In this document: positions 9,369 through 18,871 of the stretch, piece after piece
Layout of the letters: each line of letters begins with the position of its first letter
Position numbering within the stretch: the stretch's first letter is position 1
Assembly (NCBI GenBank): GCA_026985755.1
Contig: JALSPX010000191.1
Location: 1 to 33,301 of the forward strand
Direction of reading: 5' to 3'
DNA: 33,301 bases
Origin: Sulfurovum sp.
GTDB lineage: Bacteria > Campylobacterota > Campylobacteria > Campylobacterales > Sulfurovaceae
The notes under the pieces: generated by a model
What the model was told of the DNA's origin: nothing
The model's input: only the letters and a program-made list of their open reading frames with translations
Database searches by the model: none
Program-made: the position numbers and the translations under genes

Positions 9369-10705
9369 TAAACCATAAACTCTTCACTCTTCACTCTTCA
9401 CTCTTCACTAAAATAGTGTTCACACTACTTATATTTACAGGAATATCTATGGCTAACTCATTACCAAAACATTTTACAAAAACTTTAGACAACGGACTAG
9501 AGATTGTTGTCATCCCTATGGACAATGATTCAGGCGTCATTACCACCGACATCTACTACAAAGTAGGCAGTCGCAATGAAGTGATGGGTAAAAGTGGTAT
9601 GGCACATATGCTTGAGCACCTCTCTTTTAAATCTACAGAGAAACTCAAAGAGGGTGAATTTGACACCATCGTCAAGAGCCGTGGAGGGGTAAACAATGCA
9701 GCCACAGGCTTTGACAAAACACATTACTACATCAAAACAGCAAGCAAGAACCTTGGTATGACACTGGACTTGTTTGCAGAACTTATGCATAACCTCAAAC
9801 TCACCGATGAGGAGTTTCAAAAAGAGCGTGATGTGGTAGCAGAAGAGCGTCGTTTACGTACAGACAACAACCCTATGGGCTACCTCTATTTTAGAGTCTT
9901 TAACACGCACTTTACCTACCATCCTTACCATTGGTTGCCTATTGGGTTTATGGAAGATATACAGTCATGGAAGATAGAAGATATTAGAGCATTTTACCAC
10001 CGTTACTATCAGCCCAACAATGCTACCTTAGTAGTGGCAGGAGATATCAAACCAGAAGAAGTCTATAAAGAAGCAGAGAAATATTTTGGAAAAATCAAGA
10101 ATGAACATGCCATTCCTAAGGTCACAGCAGTAGAGCCTAAAGTAGATGGTGCCAAACGTGCCATACTGCACAAAGAGTCTAACCGTGTTGATACCCTTGC
10201 GATTACCTATTCTATTCCTAACTATGAGCATGAAGACCAAGTAGCGCTTTCTGCTATTTCTCATATCTTAAGTTCTGGAAAAAGTTCGTGGTTTGAGAAA
10301 ACTATTGTCAATGATAAACAACTCGCCAACCAAGTCTATGGCTATAACATGGAACTCACAGACCCAGGTGTTTTCCTCATTATGGCAATGTGTGCACCAG
10401 ACAAGAAGATAGAAGATTTAGAAAAAGAGATACTCTTTCAACTCGAAAAACTTAAAAATGGTGAGGTCACACAAGCCGAACTCGACAAAGTAAAAATCAA
10501 CACAAAAGCAGAATTTGTCTACTCTTTAGAGAGTTCATCTTCTGTTGCTGGACTTTACGGAGACTACTATTCAAAAGGAAATATCCAACCTTTACTTGAA
10601 TATGAAGAGAAATTAGATAAAATTACACTCAAAGATATTCAAGAGACAGCAAAGAAGTATTTTGACCATAACTTCTCAACAACAGTCATCTTGAAAAAAA
10701 ATTAG
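9365..10705 (+). CDS. M16 family zinc metallopeptidase (pitrilysin-like; PqqE/Cj0805-like)
   Basis: Inverted zinc motif HMLEH, NAATGFD.T.Y and ERDVVAEERR. Start uncertain: ATG 9365 (signal-like N-terminus, overlaps pyrD stop) or ATG 9449 after AGGA. Confidence 0.92.
   Translation: MINHKLFTLHSSLFTKIVFTLLIFTGISMANSLPKHFTKTLDNGLEIVVIPMDNDSGVITTDIYYKVGSRNEVMGKSGMAHMLEHLSFKSTEKLKEGEFDTIVKSRGGVNNAATGFDKTHYYIKTASKNLGMTLDLFAELMHNLKLTDEEFQKERDVVAEERRLRTDNNPMGYLYFRVFNTHFTYHPYHWLPIGFMEDIQSWKIEDIRAFYHRYYQPNNATLVVAGDIKPEEVYKEAEKYFGKIKNEHAIPKVTAVEPKVDGAKRAILHKESNRVDTLAITYSIPNYEHEDQVALSAISHILSSGKSSWFEKTIVNDKQLANQVYGYNMELTDPGVFLIMAMCAPDKKIEDLEKEILFQLEKLKNGEVTQAELDKVKINTKAEFVYSLESSSSVAGLYGDYYSKGNIQPLLEYEEKLDKITLKDIQETAKKYFDHNFSTTVILKKN
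9379..9409 (+). repeat. Heptanucleotide tandem repeat (ACTCTTC)x4 + ACT
   Basis: Read directly: actcttc actcttc actcttc actcttc act. Confidence 0.95.
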
Positions 10706-10715
10706 GAAATTTCGT

Positions 10716-11612
10716 ATGAATAACTATATTACTGGTGCAAGTACTGCGCTGATTACACCATTTAAAAATGGCACCTTAGATGAAGTAACCTTTGCAACAC
10801 TCATCCAAAGACAAATAGACAATGGCATAGATGCTGTATGTCCAGTAGGCACCACAGGTGAGTCTGCAACACTCAGCCATGACGAGCACAAAAGATGTAT
10901 AGAAATAGCCGTAGAAGTCTGTAAAGGTACAAATACCAAAGTACTTGCAGGTGCAGGCTCTAATGCAACGCATGAAGCTATAGATATTGCTAAACATGCT
11001 CAGGCTGCTGGTGTAGATGCCCTCTTCTCAGTCAGCCCTTACTACAACAAACCAAGCCAAGAGGGACTTTACCAGCACTACAAAGCCATAGCCTCTGCGG
11101 TAAAAGTACCTTTTATGCTTTACAATGTACCAGGGCGTACAGGCGTAGACATCTTGCCAGACACAGTTAAAAGATTGTTTAATGATGTAGAAAACATTAT
11201 GGGGATTAAAGAAGCCACAGGGTCTATTGAAAGAACGGTTGAGTTACTTGCAAAAGTACCTGACTTGTATGTATTCTCTGGGGATGATGCGATTGACTTT
11301 CCTATCTTGGCGAGTGGAGGAAAAGGGATTACTTCAGTCACCTCTAACCTCTTGCCAGATATGAAAGCAGAGTTAGCACATGCAGCCCTTAAAGGTGATT
11401 TCAAACGTTCAAAAGAAATCAACGATGAACTCTTTGAAATAAACAAAGTCCTCTTCTGTGAATCGAATCCTATCCCTATCAAGGCAGCGATGTATATCGC
11501 TGGTCTTACCGATACACTAGAGTATAGACTGCCATTGGTTGCCCCAAGTAACGAAAATATGAAGAAGATAGAAGCTGTCATGAAAAAATATAAAATTGTA
11601 GGAGTAGCATAA
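10716..11612 (+). CDS. dapA: 4-hydroxy-tetrahydrodipicolinate synthase
   Basis: ALITPF, GTTGESATL, PYYNKPSQEG, YNVPGRTG and GIKEATG (Schiff-base Lys). Confidence 0.98.
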   Translation: MNNYITGASTALITPFKNGTLDEVTFATLIQRQIDNGIDAVCPVGTTGESATLSHDEHKRCIEIAVEVCKGTNTKVLAGAGSNATHEAIDIAKHAQAAGVDALFSVSPYYNKPSQEGLYQHYKAIASAVKVPFMLYNVPGRTGVDILPDTVKRLFNDVENIMGIKEATGSIERTVELLAKVPDLYVFSGDDAIDFPILASGGKGITSVTSNLLPDMKAELAHAALKGDFKRSKEINDELFEINKVLFCESNPIPIKAAMYIAGLTDTLEYRLPLVAPSNENMKKIEAVMKKYKIVGVA

Positions 11613-12391
11613 TGAGCGAAATGAAGGGCAAAACACTTGTCATCACAGGAGCAACCAAAGGTATTGGTAAAGCTGTAGCAGAGAAATTTGCACAAAATGG
11701 TGTAAATATCGCATTTACTTACAACTCTAACAAAGAAGTAGCAGACGAAATCGCTACAGGCCTAGAGAATAAATATGGTGTCAAAGCCAAAGCCTACCCT
11801 TTAAACATCTTGGAACTTGATGAGTTTAAACCATTGTTTGAGGCTATAGATGAAGATTTTGACAGAGTTGACTTCTTTGTATCAAATGCGATGATATATG
11901 GTCGTCCTGTGGTAGGTGGCTATGGTAAATTTATGAAACTTCGCCCTAAAAAAGGCTTGACAAACATCTATACGGCAACCGTAGGTGCATTTGTACGCGG
12001 TTCTCAAGAAGCAGCAGTACGTATGGAAAAAGTAGGAGGGGGTGCCATCGTGACACTTTCATCTACCGGTAACCTTATCTACATCGAAAACTATGCAGGG
12101 CATGGTACCAACAAAGCTGCCGTTGAAGCTATGAGCCGTTATGCAGCTGTCGAGCTGGGAGATATGGGCATTAGAGTCAACGCGGTCTCTGGAGGACCTA
12201 TCGATACAGATGCACTCAAAGCCTTTACCAACTACGAAGAAGTAAAAGCAGAAACCATCAAACGTTCAGCCGTAAACAGAATGGGTAGCCCAGAAGACTT
12301 AGCAGGGTCAGTCTACTTCCTCTGTACACCTGAAGCATCATGGATTACAGGTCAAACACTTGTGGTTGATGGCGGAACAACTTTTAGATAA
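11612..12391 (+). CDS. Short-chain dehydrogenase, enoyl-ACP reductase (FabL-like) of Campylobacterota
   Basis: TGATKGIG NAD(P) motif, ENYAGHGTNKAA catalytic region, NAVSGGPIDTDAL; translationally coupled to dapA. Confidence 0.85.
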   Translation: MSEMKGKTLVITGATKGIGKAVAEKFAQNGVNIAFTYNSNKEVADEIATGLENKYGVKAKAYPLNILELDEFKPLFEAIDEDFDRVDFFVSNAMIYGRPVVGGYGKFMKLRPKKGLTNIYTATVGAFVRGSQEAAVRMEKVGGGAIVTLSSTGNLIYIENYAGHGTNKAAVEAMSRYAAVELGDMGIRVNAVSGGPIDTDALKAFTNYEEVKAETIKRSAVNRMGSPEDLAGSVYFLCTPEASWITGQTLVVDGGTTFR

Positions 12392-12443
12392 AAGTTTATA
12401 AAGTTTTAAATTTAGGAATGTAAAGAAATATTATTTGAGTATA

Positions 12444-12473
12444 TCTCTCATATAGGGAATCCAATATGAGAGA
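12444..12473. terminator. Hairpin between convergent genes, probable terminator
   Basis: TCTCTCATAT-aGGgaatCCa-ATATGAGAGA: perfect 10-bp stem. Confidence 0.6.
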
Positions 12474-12488
12474 GGGTTCCTTATACTT

Positions 12489-13094
12489 TTAAAAAGTATA
12501 TGTAGCACCTACAGTTGTTGCATTAAAGAAAGCATCTTGTGCCTGAATAGTATCGAAATTATCTCCATCATAAAAGTTCATATAGTCAAAGAAAAGTCCA
12601 ACACCATTAGCAAGTTCATATTTGGCACCAAGTCCCCACTGCAATCCGCTCTCTTCCAAATTACCAACTTCTGATTTACCATAACCTGCTAACCCATATG
12701 TGGAAAAGCCTGTTGTCAGATTAAACATAGGTTTAATATAAATACCCATATTTCGCAAATCTCTATCTGATGATACAGTGACCTTACCTTGATCCTCATC
12801 AATGTCAGTAAGTGTACTCGTATATCTAGCTTCTATACCTATATATTTGTTAAAGTAGTATCCCCCTAATAGGGTAAGAGAATGTCCAGTTAACTCTACC
12901 GCTTCATTCATACGTAAATAACTCAAAGCTCCCCCCACATAAAAACCATCATAGCGCACATCACTATTCACTACGATAATCTCTTTTTCTGGTATTGTAA
13001 CTGTCGGTTCTTCAGGTGTAAGTACATTGCCCCCTGCCATAAGCATATTTGTAGCAAGCGCTAAACATGCTACTGAACTTGTTATAATTTTCAT
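12489..13094 (-). CDS. Outer-membrane beta-barrel (OmpA-TM/porin-like, 8-stranded) protein
   Basis: Signal peptide ending LMA|GG; GFYVGGALSY, GYYFNKYIGIEARY, YGLAGYG, QWGLGAKY; terminal YTF. Confidence 0.85.
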   Translation of the reverse strand: MKIITSSVACLALATNMLMAGGNVLTPEEPTVTIPEKEIIVVNSDVRYDGFYVGGALSYLRMNEAVELTGHSLTLLGGYYFNKYIGIEARYTSTLTDIDEDQGKVTVSSDRDLRNMGIYIKPMFNLTTGFSTYGLAGYGKSEVGNLEESGLQWGLGAKYELANGVGLFFDYMNFYDGDNFDTIQAQDAFFNATTVGATYTF

Positions 13095-13233
13095 AGTTAA
13101 TAATCCCCTTGTTTTCTGCTAAAATTTTGTTTATTGTATTCTTTATTTGCTTAAAATTAGCTCTACTCATGTAATTTTTAATCAACTCTACGATAGAATA
13201 CACAAAATTATAAATAAATGAAGTGGGTTTTAG

Positions 13234-13476
13234 ATGATTAAAAAAAGTATTTACATTGCTACTATAGCATTAATCTTTTCTGGATGTGCAGCTGAGCGTG
13301 GATCTATACAATTAACTGTGCCTCATAAAAATAAGCTAGAGAAGAATACAAGCATTGCGAAAGATGATACTATACCAACGCTTGTTGTGCATGCAAAACA
13401 AAATAAGATTGATACGACAGAGAATAGAATTTCTGGTGGTCTCATTTTACTAATAGGTGCACTTATCTTTTTGTAA
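13234..13476 (+). CDS. Small putative lipoprotein with C-terminal hydrophobic tail
   Basis: Lipobox IFSG|C; C-terminal GGLILLIGALIFL. Confidence 0.6.
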   Translation: MIKKSIYIATIALIFSGCAAERGSIQLTVPHKNKLEKNTSIAKDDTIPTLVVHAKQNKIDTTENRISGGLILLIGALIFL

Positions 13477-13550
13477 AATGTATTATTTACCCCATTTTTT
13501 AATGATTATTGCGTTAAAGTTATACAATTAATTTACTCTTGGGGGAAATA

Positions 13551-14735
13551 ATGTCAAAAAAAACTCTACTACTCTCTGCTTTGGTGCTCTTTAGTGGCTG
13601 TGCTGAAAGAGGCTATGTTCTAACTACAAATACTAAAATACAAACAATTACTGCAGAAAGCGTCACTTCACTCGATAAAACATCTAAACAAGATGAAACA
13701 GAGCTATTTGAGAAAATGACTACCGCCGTAAAAAAAGCACAAAAAGAAGAAGATAATACACCACCTGCCCTTACACACAAAAAACAAAAACAGACAATCA
13801 AAAAACAGAAAAAGAAAAAATTAAAAAAGAAAATCACAGAAAAAAAGAGAGTAATACCTGCATTTGTATCAGAAGCAGAAACAAAGGAAGAGATAGAAAC
13901 ACCAAAAGTGAGTGAAATATCTAAAACAGTTACATATTCAGATGATGAAAATAAACTAAGAGAAGAAGCACGTAAATCTAGAGAAAGAAGAGAAGCAAGA
14001 CTACGTGAAATCAAAAAATTAAGAAAAGGTACTTTAGCAAAGCCAACCTACACCAAAGATAAACCATCTGCACAAATAGAAAAAAGCGATACCCAAGTTC
14101 CTAAAATATCAAATATAGATACTGAAAAAAACGCTAAAATGGAAAGAGAGAGAGCCAAAGAGAAAGAAGCTGCGCTTTTAGCCCAAAAAGCTAGAGAAAA
14201 AGAAAAGTTGGCAAAAGAGAAAGAAGCGGCACTTTTAGCACAAAGAAAGCAAGCGCAAGAAGCTAGAGAAAAAAAGAGACAAGAGCAAAAAGTAAAAAAC
14301 AGTACGCCTCTACCTCAGCATAATAAGACCGATTTCACGAAACCTCTTGTATTTAAACAAATAGATAAAATTTATCATAAATTTGGTACATCTGAAGTAC
14401 ATGGACATGTTATTTATTTGACACCTACAGGACAAGAAACAAGACTTTCCCAAACTAAAGCATATCTATTGCCTGTAAGTGCCAAATTAAACCATTGGTT
14501 TAATAAGTATTACCTCAAAAATAAAAACGATGGCAAAAGTACTATCGTAAGCTATTTAAATCAAACATCCCTAAATCTTGAAAGAAATTTTGAATTCTTT
14601 GGTGTCCCAAAAGGTAGTTACTATGTGATTATTGAATCTACTGACCCTCAATCACATAAAAGAGTTTATATCGCTAAAAAAATACACGTAGGCAAATATA
14701 AAAAAATAATGGGTGTATTTAGTAAAAAACTTTAG
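13551..14735 (+). CDS. Lipoprotein with long K/E-rich helical stalk and C-terminal beta-sandwich (carboxypeptidase-regulatory-like) domain
   Basis: ATG 13551; lipobox LFSG|C; duplicated AKEKEAALLAQ (14154-14186, 14211-14243); C-terminal 'NFEFFGVPKGSYYV'. Confidence 0.7.
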   Translation: MSKKTLLLSALVLFSGCAERGYVLTTNTKIQTITAESVTSLDKTSKQDETELFEKMTTAVKKAQKEEDNTPPALTHKKQKQTIKKQKKKKLKKKITEKKRVIPAFVSEAETKEEIETPKVSEISKTVTYSDDENKLREEARKSRERREARLREIKKLRKGTLAKPTYTKDKPSAQIEKSDTQVPKISNIDTEKNAKMERERAKEKEAALLAQKAREKEKLAKEKEAALLAQRKQAQEAREKKRQEQKVKNSTPLPQHNKTDFTKPLVFKQIDKIYHKFGTSEVHGHVIYLTPTGQETRLSQTKAYLLPVSAKLNHWFNKYYLKNKNDGKSTIVSYLNQTSLNLERNFEFFGVPKGSYYVIIESTDPQSHKRVYIAKKIHVGKYKKIMGVFSKKL

Positions 14736-14743
14736 GAACATAG

Positions 14744-15286
14744 ATGCTTAATATACCAAATTTACTTGCATTTACTCGCCTTTTACTCGCCCCAGTGATG
14801 TTTTTATTTTTGGTAAATCAAGATGCAACACTATTTCATAATATACATCAAACATGGCTCAATTATTTTGCAGCCTTTATTTTTGTTATTGCCAGTGCTA
14901 CTGATTTTTTTGATGGCTATATTGCACGAACATTTAATCAGGTGACAACACTTGGTAAAATTTTAGACCCGCTGGCAGATAAAATGCTAACGTTGGCAGC
15001 ATTCTTAGGACTTATGATGATAGGCACAGCTTCGCCTTGGGCAATATTTCTCATACTCACTAGAGAGCTTTTTATCACGGGATTACGTGTATCCGCCGTG
15101 GCTGAAGGCATAGATATCAGTGCAAGTTGGATAGGTAAAATTAAGACAGTGATTCAAATGATTGCTATTGGATTCTTACTTATGCAGTGGCCAGGAGGAG
15201 AATGGCTACTTTGGTTTGCTGTTTTTTTGACACTCTACTCTGGATATGAATATGTAAAAGAATTTTTACAAAAAGTACCTCTTTAA
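14744..15286 (+). CDS. pgsA: CDP-diacylglycerol--glycerol-3-phosphate 3-phosphatidyltransferase
   Basis: NIPNLL start; DFFDGYIAR...LGKILDPLADK CDP-alcohol phosphotransferase motif; GKIKTVIQM. Confidence 0.96.
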   Translation: MLNIPNLLAFTRLLLAPVMFLFLVNQDATLFHNIHQTWLNYFAAFIFVIASATDFFDGYIARTFNQVTTLGKILDPLADKMLTLAAFLGLMMIGTASPWAIFLILTRELFITGLRVSAVAEGIDISASWIGKIKTVIQMIAIGFLLMQWPGGEWLLWFAVFLTLYSGYEYVKEFLQKVPL

Positions 15287-15375
15287 TAAATGCTGAAAAA
15301 ATAACCAATCGCTGCATTAACTTTTCTCAATTCTACGTTATTATTATCTTTAAACTTCAAACAAGGAAATAGGAC

Positions 15376-16566
15376 ATGAAACTAACAAAATTAAGCCTTA
15401 TCGCAATACTCTCTATAAGCAGTGCCATAGCAGGAGGAGATATTGCTCCAGCTGAAACAACAGTAGAAGCACCAGTGAGTGCAAATACAACTGCTTGCAA
15501 CAATGCAACCACAATTAACAGTAAAGCACAATTCTATTACTACTCACATGATGATGCAGGGGCTAGTGATATCTTTAAAAAACCAACATCTTCTGCAGCA
15601 GGTGCTGTGACATTTGATATTTCACACAAATTATTTGAAAATATAACAGCGAATTTTTCCGCTATAGGATATGTCAATTTTGGTGACAGTATTGGAAAAA
15701 TGGATTTTGAAGCACAACCAAATGGTGCATTTTTTAATGTAGCGAATCTTACTGCAACCTTTGCAGATACAACGATGGTAGTAGGTCGACAACTTTTAGA
15801 TACACCGCTTGTTGGTGGTTTTGATTGGCTTCTTGCCCCTGGATCATTTGAGGCAGCCACCCTCACAAACAACTCTATTGATAACCTCACACTCGTAGGT
15901 GGATACATTACAAAATGGAGACAAAACAACAGTGGAAATACATGGGTAAATCTCATAGATATTGACAATGGAGACAACTATACTTTAGGTGCTGCTTATA
16001 CTATTGGAGGACTCAATGTAAGTGCTTGGTATTATAATATTGATGCTGGTTCAGTTGTTTCTGCTGTTGAAGATAAATATAGTGCTATCTATGCAGATGC
16101 TGGATATGACTTTGGTATTGCCAATCTTTCAGGTCAAATTATCTCAACTGATTATCACACAGCTAAAGATGCCTTGGCATATGGTTTAAAAGTTAGTACA
16201 GAATTTTCTGGTGTTACATTCACAGCCGCTGTAAGTAATACAACGGACAACAAAGCTGGATATATTGGTAGAGATTCCATATACACAAGTTCATGGAACT
16301 ACTTTGCATCTAATGCAGGTGTAGAAAATGACGATACCCTATCTTGGAAAGTGGGTGTAGCTACTGAGTTTATAGGCCTGAATACTGAAGTATCTTATGC
16401 TGCTTATGGTGATGAAGGTTCTGAACTTGATGTTATTCTTGGTTATGATGTAACAGATTGTGTAAATCTTGCTGCTATCTACACTTCAACGGACTATGAT
16501 GTAAATGTAGATGAACAAAAAGATGCAGATAATGCACTGGAAATGATTGCCTCTTATAAATTTTAA
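15376..16566 (+). CDS. Outer-membrane porin (Campylobacterota major porin/OprD-like)
   Basis: Signal MKLTKLSLIAILSISSAIA; GRQLLDTP...PGSFEA motif; SAWYY; terminal YKF. Confidence 0.85.
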   Translation: MKLTKLSLIAILSISSAIAGGDIAPAETTVEAPVSANTTACNNATTINSKAQFYYYSHDDAGASDIFKKPTSSAAGAVTFDISHKLFENITANFSAIGYVNFGDSIGKMDFEAQPNGAFFNVANLTATFADTTMVVGRQLLDTPLVGGFDWLLAPGSFEAATLTNNSIDNLTLVGGYITKWRQNNSGNTWVNLIDIDNGDNYTLGAAYTIGGLNVSAWYYNIDAGSVVSAVEDKYSAIYADAGYDFGIANLSGQIISTDYHTAKDALAYGLKVSTEFSGVTFTAAVSNTTDNKAGYIGRDSIYTSSWNYFASNAGVENDDTLSWKVGVATEFIGLNTEVSYAAYGDEGSELDVILGYDVTDCVNLAAIYTSTDYDVNVDEQKDADNALEMIASYKF

Positions 16567-16581
16567 TAATATATTTTAAGT

Positions 16582-16607
16582 CCCACTCTCTTCGGAGAGT
16601 ATTTGGG
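16582..16607 (+). terminator. Stem-loop with C(UUCG)G tetraloop after porin gene
   Basis: ACTCTC-TTCG-GAGAGT at 16585-16600, extendable by CCC/GGG. No clear U-tract, so it may be a stabilising hairpin. Confidence 0.55.
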
Positions 16608-16677
16608 CTAAATCTCCTAAGAATATGCTCATTTTATATTATTTTTCTTCATAGCTTTGTTGCATAAACCATTTAAT

Positions 16678-16761
16678 TGATAATAACTCTCATTTTTAAC
16701 TTAATTTAAGTTTGAATGCACTATACTTCTTCTAATATCAATAAACTGATAACAATTATCA
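16678..16761 (+). promoter_or_regulatory. feoB promoter with two Fur boxes
   Basis: TGATAAT-A-ACTCTCA (16678-16692) and TGATAAC-A-ATTATCA (16747-16761) match the 7-1-7 Fur consensus TGATAATnATTATCA and bracket a -10 TATACT at 16722-16727. Confidence 0.8.
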
Positions 16762-16797
16762 TTTATATTTTATTATTTTAAACTATAAGGAAAAGTT

Positions 16798-18870
16798 TTG
16801 GAAAAAATAGTCATTGCACTAGCTGGTCAACCAAATGTAGGGAAATCATCTCTCATTAATGCCATCTCTAATGCCAAGCTCAAAGTAGGAAATTTTTCAG
16901 GTGTTACCGTAGACAAAACTGAGGTGGAGTTTACCATTTGTGATGATATTACCTGCAAAAACTACGAAGCACATATTATAGACCTCCCCGGAGCCTACTC
17001 TCTTACGGAATACACCATAGAAGAGAAGGTGACCAAAAGCTTTTTGCAGTCAGATGAGTATGATGTCATCGTCAATGTAGTAGACTCTACTAATCTACAA
17101 AGAAATTTACTTTTTACCATACAACTCCTAGAAACAGGTAAAAAAGTGGTGGTAGCCCTTAACATGAGTGATGAAGCTAAAAAAGAAGGTATCGAGATAG
17201 ATGAAAAACAACTCTCTGCGATACTCGGTGTACCATGCATTAAAACCTCTGCTGCCACCAAAGAAGGTATCGAAGCCTTACAGCATGCCATTGTTGAGGC
17301 ATACGAAAAAGAAGAGACCACAGCAAAGGTGATCTACTCTGACCACATAGAAGAAGAGATAGATCATATCGTAACATTTATGCAAGAGAAGCACTATAAA
17401 AGTACTGTGCCCTATCGCAATTTGGCAGTCAAACTCTTGCAAGAAGATGAAGATATCTACAAAAAAATGCATGATGAGCCTATTTGGATAGAGCTATTAC
17501 CTTTGGTAAGAGATGCCCTACAACATATCTACCTGCATACCAATACCAAAGATTTGGATGAGATTTTTGCAGATGAGCACTTCGCCTTTGCCAAAGGTGC
17601 CAAGATGGAAGTGATGGCAGTCAAATCTATGAAAGCCAAAAACCTTACACAAAAGATAGACAACCTACTGATTAACAAGTTTTTAGGTGTCCCACTCTTT
17701 CTCTTTTTTATGTGGGGACTCTTTCAACTCACTTTTGAGATAGGAAGCATTCCTATGGACTACATCGATGCAGCTTTTGCTTGGATGGGGGAACAAGCCA
17801 AAGTCGTCTTGGGGGATGGTGAGTTAGGCTCACTGGTTTCAGATGGTATCATCGCAGGGGTCGGCGCAGTAGTGATGTTCTTGCCGAACATTGTCATACT
17901 CTTTTTGGGTATCGCACTGTTGGAGACCACAGGCTACATGAGCCGTGTGGCATTTCTATTGGACGGATTTTTCCATAAGTTTGGGCTGCATGGTAAAAGT
18001 TTCATCCCACTGGTCACTGGTTTTGGCTGTTCAGTACCCGCCTATATGGCAGCACGTACACTCAAAAATGAAAAAGACAGACTCATCACCCTGTTTATTA
18101 TAGGCTTTATGTCTTGTGGTGCGAGACTGCCTATTTATGTACTTTTTGCAGGGGCGTTCTTTGGTCAGGAGTCTGCAGGGAATATCTTGTTTATTATCTA
18201 TATTGCTGGTGCACTACTAGGATTGCTTATGGCAAAAGCACTTAAAATGTTTGTCTTTAAAGGAGATGATGAACCCTTTGTGATGGAGATGCCAAAGTAC
18301 CGTATGCCTTCACTCAAACTCATCTGGCACACTGTCTATGGTCAGGCCAAAAGTTATTTGAAAAAAGCAGGAACATTCATTTTAGGTGCGGCGATTCTCA
18401 TCTGGTTTGCGTCTAACTACCCTAAAGTGGATGCCCCTGCACACTTGGATGCAAACCAAGCACAACTCTATGCACTAGAAAATTCATACTTAGGAAAAAT
18501 AGGACACGCATCAGAACCATTCTTTGCACCTCTTGGCATGGACTGGCGTATGGCTGTAGCTTTAGAGACAGGACTGGCTGCCAAAGAAGTCGTGGTATCT
18601 ACGCTCGGTGTACTCTATGCACTAGGCGATGAAGTAGACCAAGAGAGTCAAGGTCTCATCACGCAAATCAAAGCCAATATCCCTTTTGCTTCGGCGATTG
18701 CCTTTATTGTCTTTGTGATGATTTACCTGCCTTGTTTAGCTGCATCAATGGTCTTTGCCAAAGAGGCTGGTGGCTGGAAGTATCTGGTTTACTTGTTTTT
18801 CATGACAAGCATCTCTGCATGGGTACTAAGCTTTATTGCGTACCGTGTCACATTAGCATTAGGATTTTAA
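16798..18870 (+). CDS. feoB: Ferrous iron transporter FeoB
   Basis: G1 GQPNVGKS, G2 NFSGVTV, G3 DLPG, G4 NMSD; gate motifs GFGCSVPA, FMSCGARLP, FVMEMPKY, YLPCLA. TTG start after AAGGA. Confidence 0.97.
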   Translation: MEKIVIALAGQPNVGKSSLINAISNAKLKVGNFSGVTVDKTEVEFTICDDITCKNYEAHIIDLPGAYSLTEYTIEEKVTKSFLQSDEYDVIVNVVDSTNLQRNLLFTIQLLETGKKVVVALNMSDEAKKEGIEIDEKQLSAILGVPCIKTSAATKEGIEALQHAIVEAYEKEETTAKVIYSDHIEEEIDHIVTFMQEKHYKSTVPYRNLAVKLLQEDEDIYKKMHDEPIWIELLPLVRDALQHIYLHTNTKDLDEIFADEHFAFAKGAKMEVMAVKSMKAKNLTQKIDNLLINKFLGVPLFLFFMWGLFQLTFEIGSIPMDYIDAAFAWMGEQAKVVLGDGELGSLVSDGIIAGVGAVVMFLPNIVILFLGIALLETTGYMSRVAFLLDGFFHKFGLHGKSFIPLVTGFGCSVPAYMAARTLKNEKDRLITLFIIGFMSCGARLPIYVLFAGAFFGQESAGNILFIIYIAGALLGLLMAKALKMFVFKGDDEPFVMEMPKYRMPSLKLIWHTVYGQAKSYLKKAGTFILGAAILIWFASNYPKVDAPAHLDANQAQLYALENSYLGKIGHASEPFFAPLGMDWRMAVALETGLAAKEVVVSTLGVLYALGDEVDQESQGLITQIKANIPFASAIAFIVFVMIYLPCLAASMVFAKEAGGWKYLVYLFFMTSISAWVLSFIAYRVTLALGF

Positions 18871-18871
18871 T

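Noticed and set aside
13780-13850. A-rich runs as phase-variable homopolymers
   Set aside because: Explained by Lys-rich coding; the runs are short and normal for this AT-rich genome.
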